NCBI GenBank assembly: GCA_038245905.1
Contig: JBBRRY010000055.1
Coordinates: 1 to 10,567, forward strand
DNA: 10,567 nucleotides
Direction of reading: 5' to 3'
From: Thermoanaerobaculia bacterium
Lineage (GTDB): Bacteria > Acidobacteriota > Thermoanaerobaculia > UBA5066
Part shown: piece after piece, positions 1-6,468 of the stretch
How the letters are laid out: each line of letters begins with the position of its first letter
Numbering within the stretch: position 1 is the stretch's first letter
Made by a program: the position numbers and the translations under genes
Notes under the pieces: model-generated
The model's database searches: none
Seen by the model: only the letters and a program-made list of their open reading frames with translations
What the model was told of the DNA's origin: nothing

Positions 1-48
1 AGGACGCGCCGGTGGGTCCAGCGTTTCAGGGCGGGTCGGGGCGCCACG

Positions 49-2100
49 TCAGTCGACGATCTCGACCGTCGCCCGGGCCTGGGCGAGGTCCGTGATGGGT
101 GCCGAAAGGCCTTTGCCCGGGAAGAGGAAATCGACGAGGTACTGGTCCAGCTTGCGGTAGTGGAGCGTCGCGAGGACGTCGAGCTTTCCGCGCGGCGGCG
201 CCGGCACGGTCACGTCCCGCACGGGCCGGGGGCTTCCCGCCGCGCCGGGGCAGCCGAATGAGTACTCGGCCGCGTCGGAGTAACCCGGGAAGAGGCTCCG
301 TCGGTACCGGACGCCGACCATCTCCCAGAGATTGTGCCGGTCGATCAGGTTCCCGAACCGGTCCACGGGTTCGGCCTTGAAGAGGAAAGTCCCAGGCGGG
401 ATCATCTTCTTCTCGTCGGGCTTTCCCGACGAGAAGACGACGCCGCCGGCCTCGTCCTTCACTTCGATCTCGACCCACGACTGGATCAGGTCCAGCGGTC
501 CGGTCGGATAGTCGTGCCCCACTTTGTTCGACGTGATCACGACGCGCAGCTTCAGGGGCTCGCCGCGGCGGGCCTTCGCCGGGGCGTCGAGGTCGATCTG
601 CACGGCGGCGCCTGCGGCCCACTTGCCGGCGATCTCCGGGATCTCGACCTCTCCCTTGAGCCACTTCTTCACGAGATCGACCTGCTGCTCGCCGCCCTCG
701 AGCTTCAGGAGCGTCGGCATGTACTGGTTCGCGCCGAGGAAGCGGTGGCTGCGGTGCTTGCCGTCCGTGGCCGTCCGGTTGTAGTCGGCCGTGTCGCCGG
801 AGGCCGGCTCCGGGCCGTCGAGGAGCGGCATGTGGCACTCGCGGCACTCGACCGTCTTTCTCGCGTCCTTCGGGTGGTTCCACTTGCTCTTGCGCCAGTT
901 GTCGTACTGGTTCTGGAGCTGGACCCAGCCGAAGTTGTTGACGTCCTTGTCGACGAACTGCTTGTGGCAGGCGGCGCAGTACTCCGGGGTCTTGTACATG
1001 CGCTTCGAGAGGGAGTCCACGTGGTGGACCGGGTAGCTCCGGATCAGAAAGTACGACGCGAGCTTCAAGGCCCGGCTCTTCGAGGTCTCGAACAGATATC
1101 GCTTCGGCGGCTTCACGACGAAGTTCGCGTTGCCCTGCACGTCGGTCTTCGTGACGGCGTGACAGGAGAGACAGGAGACCCCCTCCTGGAATCCGAGGTC
1201 CTCCGTCAGATTCTCCTTGAAGACGACCTTCGCGCCCGAGAAGAGCGAGATCGGGTCGTGGCATCCACCGCAGTAACGGGTGGACTCGGGGCCGTTCTGC
1301 CTGCCCATCTCCTCCTGGACCCTCTGAAAGGCCGGGTCCAGCGCCGCCCAGCGGTGCGCCGAGACCGACCACTCGGCATAGATCGCCGGGTGACAGCCCG
1401 CCTCACCGCAGGACGCCGAGCCCGCGAGAGCTTCGGGGGCGAGCGGCCCGTTCGACTCGGTGCGTGCGAGGCTCGGGGCGAACGGGCGGTCCTGCCCGTA
1501 AGGCATCCGGTAGTCCTTCGGGAAGCGCCCCACCGTCTTCGGACCGTCGTAGAGGAGGCTCGCGGGGAAGGCGAGGAGGAGCGCGACGGCCGGCGCCCCG
1601 AGGAGCGCCGCGACGTACCCGCGGCGCGCAGCCGAGAAGGCCTCGCGCGCCGTCCCCTCGGCCGCGCTCCGCTTTCGAAGCGGCCAGAGATGCGCAAAGA
1701 GGAGGACCGCGAGAGCCACCGATGGAACGAGGTGGAGCGTCCGTGCGAAGGGCGGCACCCGGTCCGAGAAGAAGCCGAGATACGTCACCCAGAGCCCGGT
1801 TCCCTCCGCGAGCACGATCGCGCCGAGCCCGCAATAGCCGAGGACCTTCGAGGGCGTCAGCGCGTCGGCGCGGTATTCCTCGAAATGCCGCCAGAGATAG
1901 AGCCCGACCGGGACGAGCGACAGGAAGCCCGCCAGCGTGTGCAGGAGGACGGTCCACTCGAGGACCGGCGAGAACCCGATCAGCCGGAGCGGCAGGCCGC
2001 TCACGATGAGGTACACGAGCAGACCGGCGGCGATGCGGGAGAGAAGTCCGGACCAGCCGCCGGTCCGGGTCGCCCGGGATCGGATCGCGGAACCGCTCAT
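49..2100 (-). CDS. Membrane-bound multiheme cytochrome c: N-terminal 5-TM His-containing (cytochrome b/DUF4405-like) domain, pentaheme c554-like domain, C-terminal beta-rich domain
   Basis: 683-aa ORF. Heme motifs CGGCH, CLSCH, CAACH, CRECH plus atypical CGEAGCH (CX4CH). The pattern W..SAH..A..DP.F followed by GHDYPTG resembles c554-like multiheme proteins. Five hydrophobic segments in the first ~185 aa carry two His pairs. ATG lies 12 bp after the upstream gene's stop. Confidence 0.88.
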   Translation of the reverse strand: MSGSAIRSRATRTGGWSGLLSRIAAGLLVYLIVSGLPLRLIGFSPVLEWTVLLHTLAGFLSLVPVGLYLWRHFEEYRADALTPSKVLGYCGLGAIVLAEGTGLWVTYLGFFSDRVPPFARTLHLVPSVALAVLLFAHLWPLRKRSAAEGTAREAFSAARRGYVAALLGAPAVALLLAFPASLLYDGPKTVGRFPKDYRMPYGQDRPFAPSLARTESNGPLAPEALAGSASCGEAGCHPAIYAEWSVSAHRWAALDPAFQRVQEEMGRQNGPESTRYCGGCHDPISLFSGAKVVFKENLTEDLGFQEGVSCLSCHAVTKTDVQGNANFVVKPPKRYLFETSKSRALKLASYFLIRSYPVHHVDSLSKRMYKTPEYCAACHKQFVDKDVNNFGWVQLQNQYDNWRKSKWNHPKDARKTVECRECHMPLLDGPEPASGDTADYNRTATDGKHRSHRFLGANQYMPTLLKLEGGEQQVDLVKKWLKGEVEIPEIAGKWAAGAAVQIDLDAPAKARRGEPLKLRVVITSNKVGHDYPTGPLDLIQSWVEIEVKDEAGGVVFSSGKPDEKKMIPPGTFLFKAEPVDRFGNLIDRHNLWEMVGVRYRRSLFPGYSDAAEYSFGCPGAAGSPRPVRDVTVPAPPRGKLDVLATLHYRKLDQYLVDFLFPGKGLSAPITDLAQARATVEIVD

Positions 2101-2112
2101 GTGAAGCTGGCG

Positions 2113-2823
2113 TCAGGCCAGCCGCTGGATCAATCCGACGAGCGCATCGGCTTCGGCCCTGCCGAGCACGCGGTCCGCGAGGGGGTAGAGAATCTGCTCT
2201 TCCTTGAGGTTGTGACCGCCGAGGATGGATGCGAGCCGCGCGCGAATCTCCGACGCACCGGCACCGCCCCCGTCGAGAGCGGTCGCAATTTCCGCGAGGC
2301 AGGAACGGATCTCGACGTGCTCGGCCCGCATGACGGCCGTGGGGCCCGCCGTCGGGCCGAATCCGGCACGCGCCTCGAGGGCCGGGAAGAGGATCTCCTC
2401 CTCGAAGCGAATGTGCCGCTCGAGCCCACGCGCGAAGGCGGCGAAGGTCGCGCGGGCGTCCGCGACGTCGCCCGCCTCGAGACCGGCGAAGGCGGCCCCT
2501 TCGAGAGCATCCAGCCGGTCGTGATCCCAGGCGAGCGCCTCGAGAACGCCGCGCCCCGAGCCCCGGGCGGCGTCGCGCCGCATGACCTCGATCCCGTCCG
2601 GTCCGGCAGCGCCGCCTCCCGGCGTCCATTCGAACTGGCCCTTGCGCTCGCGCTGCAGGGTCTCGAGGAGGTCGTGGGCCGGCCGCTCTGCCTTCAATAC
2701 GAGCGTCTCACCGGGAACGAGAGTGTCGAAGCGCTCCAGCAGGGAACGGCCGCGGTCGAGCGGGGCCAGTCCTGCAAAGTCGCAGATTGCGGCTGTCGAT
2801 GTCGATGTCGATGTCCCGGCCAT
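2113..2823 (-). CDS. DUF2249-like + hemerythrin (HHE cation-binding) domain protein
   Basis: Start reassigned to ATG 2823, which has an AGGAGG RBS at 2834-2829 (236 aa). Hemerythrin ligands: DHDRLD, HIRFEEEILFP, MRAEH, HNLKEEQILYP. N-terminal FDTLVPGETLVL...GQFEW resembles DUF2249. Confidence 0.88.
   Translation of the reverse strand: MAGTSTSTSTAAICDFAGLAPLDRGRSLLERFDTLVPGETLVLKAERPAHDLLETLQRERKGQFEWTPGGGAAGPDGIEVMRRDAARGSGRGVLEALAWDHDRLDALEGAAFAGLEAGDVADARATFAAFARGLERHIRFEEEILFPALEARAGFGPTAGPTAVMRAEHVEIRSCLAEIATALDGGGAGASEIRARLASILGGHNLKEEQILYPLADRVLGRAEADALVGLIQRLA
2794..2815. repeat. Short tandem hexamer repeat (TGTCGA) x~3.7 encoding a Thr-Ser N-terminal linker
   Basis: tgtcgatgtcgatgtcgatgtc, in frame, encodes TSTSTST. 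Confidence 0.7.
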
Positions 2824-2872
2824 CGCGTCCTCCTGTGTCTCGCCATGATTCCCGCGGCGTCGCCCGGCCGAC

Positions 2873-2886
2873 ATGACGGCCGTCAT
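2873..2886. promoter_or_regulatory. Crp/Fnr-family-like binding site (ATGAC-GGCC-GTCAT) upstream of the hemerythrin and multiheme genes
   Basis: Perfect 14-bp intergenic palindrome with a TGA-N6-TCA core. Its centre is at -41.5 if the -10 is AATCAT (2850-2845, - strand) and the TSS is ~2838. Matches a second site at 6407-6420. Confidence 0.65.
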
Positions 2887-2965
2887 ACCGAATGCGTGTT
2901 TCGAGCCCGAGCCAATCGAACATAGCCAGCGCGGCCGCCCGGAGGGCCGCCTTCTCCTCGTAACT

Positions 2966-3706
2966 TCAGATTGCCGGAAGAGACGCGGGGGTGCGGAGCT
3001 TCGCCAGGGTCGGGAAAAGGACGTTGTTCTCGAGGTGGACGTGCTCGTGCACGTCGCGTTCCAGCTCGGCGAGCCCGTGCATCAGCCCTCGGAAGGTGTT
3101 GCAGGCGTCCTGCGGAGCCGTGTATCCCGCGGTCACGCGCCGCAGCTCGCGAAGGAGGTCCCCCACCTTCTCGTGCTGCCGCGAGAGAAGGGCAATGCCA
3201 GCCTCGACCGACGCCGGGGGCGCCGTCCGGCCGGCCGACCGTCCGGACGCCTGCCGCATCTCGAGCGCAACGAGCGCGGGGAAGACCACGTCCTCCTCCT
3301 CGGTCAGGTGCGGCTCGAGGTCAGCGCGCAGAGCGCCGAACAACCGGTGCATCTCGGGGACCGACTCGGGGTGTCGCTCGCCATGCGCGGCGAGGACCTG
3401 GTCGGCCATGCCGCCGAGACGAGGCAGCTCCCGCCAGAGCGAGCTGTGGTACCGGGTGAGGATGTGGGAAATCAGCTCGCTGATAGCCGCCTTCGCCACG
3501 ACCGGCTCGGGTGACCTCGGAGCCGCGGCCGCTTCCGACAGCTCCGCAAGGAAACCTTCGAGGCCGAGCCCATGCGCCGTCGAGACCTCGGAAAGCGTCT
3601 TGTCGCCTCCGCAGCAGAAATCGACGCCGTGGGCCTGGAAGACGCGGATGGTGGCGGGGTGCTCGGCGGCGATCGAGCCGACCGTGGACGCGGATGTCAG
3701 GTTCAT
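2966..3706 (-). CDS. ric: Iron-sulfur cluster repair di-iron protein (Ric/YtfE/ScdA/DnrN family)
   Basis: Start at ATG 3706 with a GGAGGT RBS (246 aa). N-terminal GVDFCCGG signature. Di-iron motifs RYH, HLTEEEDVVFP, QH, HVHLENNVLFP, plus DACNTFR. Confidence 0.93.
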   Translation of the reverse strand: MNLTSASTVGSIAAEHPATIRVFQAHGVDFCCGGDKTLSEVSTAHGLGLEGFLAELSEAAAAPRSPEPVVAKAAISELISHILTRYHSSLWRELPRLGGMADQVLAAHGERHPESVPEMHRLFGALRADLEPHLTEEEDVVFPALVALEMRQASGRSAGRTAPPASVEAGIALLSRQHEKVGDLLRELRRVTAGYTAPQDACNTFRGLMHGLAELERDVHEHVHLENNVLFPTLAKLRTPASLPAI

Positions 3707-3753
3707 CGAGACCTCCGTCGGCGAGACTACCCCACCGGCCTTCTGCGGCGTTC

Positions 3754-4215
3754 TTACCGGGCGAGGTCCGGCCGATAGCTGCCGGGCAACGACCGGAATG
3801 CGATCGCCAGACGGTTCCAGCCGTTGATCACGACGACCGCCAGGGTGAGGTCCACGAGCTCTTTCTCGGCGAAGTGCCGCCGGACCTCGTCGTACAGCTC
3901 GTCGGACACGTGGGTCTCGCCGACCCGGGTCACCGCCTCGGTCCACGCCAGCGCCGCCCTCTCGCGTTCGCTGAAAAACGGCGTCTCCTGCCAGGCCGCG
4001 ACGGCATAGAGGCGCTGCTCCGTCTCTCCCGCGGCCCGCGCGTCCTTCGTATGCATGTCGAGGCAATAGGCGCACCCGTTGATCTGGCTCGCACGGACCT
4101 TCACGAGCTCGAGCAGCTCGTGCTCGAGCCCCGAGGCGCGAACGTATTTCTCGAGCCCGAGCATGGCCGCGAGGCCTTCGGGCGTTACGTTGCCATATTC
4201 GACCCTGGGTTTCAT
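3754..4215 (-). CDS. Carboxymuconolactone decarboxylase / AhpD-family protein (alkylhydroperoxidase-like)
   Basis: Start at ATG 4215 with an AAAGGA RBS (153 aa). Core ELVKVRASQINGCAYCLDMH, plus FSERERAALAWTEAVT and INGWNRLAI. Confidence 0.92.
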   Translation of the reverse strand: MKPRVEYGNVTPEGLAAMLGLEKYVRASGLEHELLELVKVRASQINGCAYCLDMHTKDARAAGETEQRLYAVAAWQETPFFSERERAALAWTEAVTRVGETHVSDELYDEVRRHFAEKELVDLTLAVVVINGWNRLAIAFRSLPGSYRPDLAR

Positions 4216-4251
4216 GTCCGGTTCCTTTCGCGGCTCTTTCGCTCCCGGCGT

Positions 4252-4290
4252 TTGACTCCTCTGATTGCCACTCATAACATCATGATAACA
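4252..4290. promoter_or_regulatory. Divergent sigma70-type promoter region between the ahpD-like and nnrS-like genes
   Basis: + strand: TTGACT (4252-4257), 17 bp, TAACAT (4275-4280). - strand: extended -10 TGtTATCAT (4290-4282). AT-rich patch in very GC-rich DNA. Confidence 0.5.
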
Positions 4291-5676
4291 GTGGAAACTA
4301 TCTCTTCGCCGATCTCGTCGGCCGCACCCGTGGCCGAGGGGCCGATCTACCCGCGCTTCTTCCTCACCGGCCTCTGCATCACGCTGACCGCCGGAGCGGG
4401 CTGGGGCGCCTGGCTCCTCCTCAACATCGCCCGTGCTCGCAACTTCTCGGCGCCGTCGATCTTCGAGATCAACGCCCACGGTCAGGCGCAGATCTATGGC
4501 TGGATGGGGCTCTTCATCATGGGGTTCTCACTCCAGATGTTCCCCGCTTTCTGGGGGGTCCGCCTGGCCGCGCCGCGCCTCGCCCGCGCTCTACTGCCGC
4601 TGATGACCCTCGCGGTCGTCGTGAGGACGATCGGCGAGGCGCGCCACGCCGGCCTCTTCGGCGACCTCGCAATCGCGGCGGGGGTGCTGCAGCTGGCCGT
4701 CGTCGCGACCTTCGTCGCGCTGCTGGCGGCTACGGCGCGCCGAAAGGGGGCGCGGGGGCGCGTCGCGGATCTCTACATCGGGGCAGGGCTGGCCTGGTTC
4801 CTCGTCTCCACCGTCTTCGACCTGCGCCATCTCGTCCTCATGATCGGCGCGCCCGACCGCGCGTCGCTCCTGGCCGAGATCGCGATCTGGCAGCTGCCTC
4901 TGCGCGACCTGCAGATCCATGGCCTGGCGCTGTCGATGATCCTCGGCGTCTCTCTGCGCGTGCTGCCCGGGCTCTTCGGCACGCCGGTCGCCGACGAGCG
5001 CCGCACCTTCCGCCTCTTCTGGCCGCTGCAGGCCACGATCCTCGCCGAGTCGGCGCTGTTCCCCGTGGCGATGACCTCCCGGCGGCCGGCCTTGTTCGCC
5101 GTCGTCTGGGCGGCATGGGCCGGATTCGCCGTCTGCGCCGTCCTCGCCGCCGCCAGCTTGCGGGTCTTCGCGCGGCCCCGCTTCGCTCTGCCACGCCTCT
5201 CGCCGCTCGCCTTCGTGCGCGCGGCGCACGTGTGGCTCGGCGTGTCGCTCGCGATGCTGGTGGCCGGGCCGCTCTGGTCGCACCTGCTCGGTCTGCCGTT
5301 CTCGCATGCCTGGCATGGCGCCACCCGGCACGCGATCACGGTCGGCTTCATCAGCCTGATGATCGTCGGCGTCGCCTCGCGGGTCGCGCCAAGGCCGGTG
5401 GGGAGCCCGGCGGCCCTTGCGGCGGTGCCGCTCGCGCCGTTCGTCCTGCTGAACCTCGGCTGCACCCTGCGCGTGACGCAGCAGATCCTGACCGACCTGA
5501 CCCCCGCCGCCTTCCCGTTGGCCGGCGCCTCGGGGCTACTCGAGGTCGCCGGCCTCGTGTGGTGGGCGAGCTGGATCGGTCCGCGCCTGTTGAGCTTGCT
5601 CCACCCTCGCATGGCGGTGCGGCCCCCGGACTCGTCCCGTGCCGACGACATCGCCTCGGGCGCGGAAGTCGGATGA
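4282..5676 (+). CDS. nnrS: NnrS-like polytopic membrane protein (NO response)
   Basis: About 12 hydrophobic segments. Repeated His-containing motifs AHGQAQIYGWMGLFIMG, QIHGLALSMILG and RHAITVGFISLMIVGVASR. Start is ATG 4282 or GTG 4291; the longer ORF from 3511 overlaps real - strand genes. Confidence 0.75.
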   Translation: MITVETISSPISSAAPVAEGPIYPRFFLTGLCITLTAGAGWGAWLLLNIARARNFSAPSIFEINAHGQAQIYGWMGLFIMGFSLQMFPAFWGVRLAAPRLARALLPLMTLAVVVRTIGEARHAGLFGDLAIAAGVLQLAVVATFVALLAATARRKGARGRVADLYIGAGLAWFLVSTVFDLRHLVLMIGAPDRASLLAEIAIWQLPLRDLQIHGLALSMILGVSLRVLPGLFGTPVADERRTFRLFWPLQATILAESALFPVAMTSRRPALFAVVWAAWAGFAVCAVLAAASLRVFARPRFALPRLSPLAFVRAAHVWLGVSLAMLVAGPLWSHLLGLPFSHAWHGATRHAITVGFISLMIVGVASRVAPRPVGSPAALAAVPLAPFVLLNLGCTLRVTQQILTDLTPAAFPLAGASGLLEVAGLVWWASWIGPRLLSLLHPRMAVRPPDSSRADDIASGAEVG

Positions 5677-5693
5677 GAGATGTGGAGGTGTCG

Positions 5694-6410
5694 ATGCAAA
5701 CCACGTCGTCGTTCTTCGGACCGGGGATCGGCGAGAGCCAGAGAAGTCTCCTCGATCTGATCAAGCGTTTCGGCGAGTGCACCCTCACCCAGCTCGAGGC
5801 CGGATTCGAGCTGAACCGCGAGACTCTCCGCACCCACCTGAAGTCGCTCGCCGCGATGGGGCTCGTCGAACGATCGGGCGTCCGCCGTTCCGGACCCGGA
5901 CGGCCCCACGTCCTGTACCGGCTGACGGCCGCCGGGGAAGCTCTCTTTCCGCGCCGCGAGGGAGCGCTGCTGCGAGAGCTCGCCGAATTCCTGCTCGAAC
6001 AGGGCCACCGGGACCTCCTCGAGACGTTCTTCGACCTTCGGCTCGCGCGCTGGCGCCGGGAGGTGGCGCCCCGCCTTGCCGGCCTGCGTGGCCGCAGGCG
6101 ACACGAGGCAATCGCCGAGATCCTCTCCGAGGAAGGTTTCGTCGCCGAGGTCGTCGCCGGCGCTGCCGCGTCCCGGCTGCGGCTCTGCCACTGCCCCGTC
6201 CTGGATCTCGTCGCGATCTCCGAGCTGCCGTGCCGGTTCGAGAAGAGGCTGATCGAGGGTCTGCTGGGCGAACGGCTGCGCCGTGAGACTTTCATTCCGG
6301 ACGGAGACCACGCCTGCACGTATTCGATCTCGACCGCCTCTCCCGCGCGGTCAAAACAAAAGGACGCTCCGCGAAGGGGCCGAATCGCTCAAGGCCGCGC
6401 GTCTATATGA
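5694..6410 (+). CDS. SufR-like / ArsR-type winged-HTH transcriptional regulator with C-terminal Cys motif (COG2345-like)
   Basis: GGAGGT RBS before ATG 5694 (alternative ATG 5673 overlaps the nnrS stop). HTH and wing LRTHLKSLAAMGLVER...GPGRPHVLYRLTAAG..LFPR. C-terminal CHCP-...C(x2)E...C. Confidence 0.88.
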   Translation: MQTTSSFFGPGIGESQRSLLDLIKRFGECTLTQLEAGFELNRETLRTHLKSLAAMGLVERSGVRRSGPGRPHVLYRLTAAGEALFPRREGALLRELAEFLLEQGHRDLLETFFDLRLARWRREVAPRLAGLRGRRRHEAIAEILSEEGFVAEVVAGAAASRLRLCHCPVLDLVAISELPCRFEKRLIEGLLGERLRRETFIPDGDHACTYSISTASPARSKQKDAPRRGRIAQGRASI

Positions 6411-6448
6411 TGCCGATCATGCGGTTTTCGCCAGCGAAGCCTTATTTT
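6407..6448 (+). promoter_or_regulatory. Crp/Fnr-family-like site (ATGAT-GCCG-ATCAT) with -10 TATTTT; putative class II promoter for the two-component genes
   Basis: Palindrome at 6407-6420, an 8/10 match to FNR TTGAT-N4-ATCAA. TATTTT at 6443-6448 puts the box centre at -41.5 (TSS ~6455). Confidence 0.68.
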
Positions 6449-6468
6449 TTGGCGGAGACCAGTTGGAC

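Noticed and set aside
2794-2815. Hexamer repeat as a phase-variation tract
   Set aside because: The unit is a multiple of 3 with few copies, so slippage would only change the length of a Thr/Ser linker.
2892-2910. Possible - strand sigma54 promoter (GGCTCGAAACACGC)
   Set aside because: GG-N10-GC spacing is present, but the -12 lacks TTGC and there is no UAS palindrome nearby. The Crp/Fnr class II reading fits better.
334-2925. 863-aa + strand ORF and other long antisense or alternate-frame ORFs (e.g. 26-1372, 4773-6311, 6442-8037, 8748-9971)
   Set aside because: Shadow ORFs of real genes in high-GC DNA, with no recognisable motifs and complete overlap with well-supported CDSs.
2931-2950. 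GCGGCC...GGCCGC hairpin downstream of ric as a terminator
   Set aside because: Short GC-only stem without a poly-U tail, so it cannot be supported.
3511-4281. N-terminal extension of the 721-aa nnrS ORF (likewise the extensions of the ric, ahpD, regulator and kinase ORFs)
   Set aside because: These extensions overlap other clear genes and are low-complexity. Downstream starts fit the RBS or promoter positions and the domain boundaries better.
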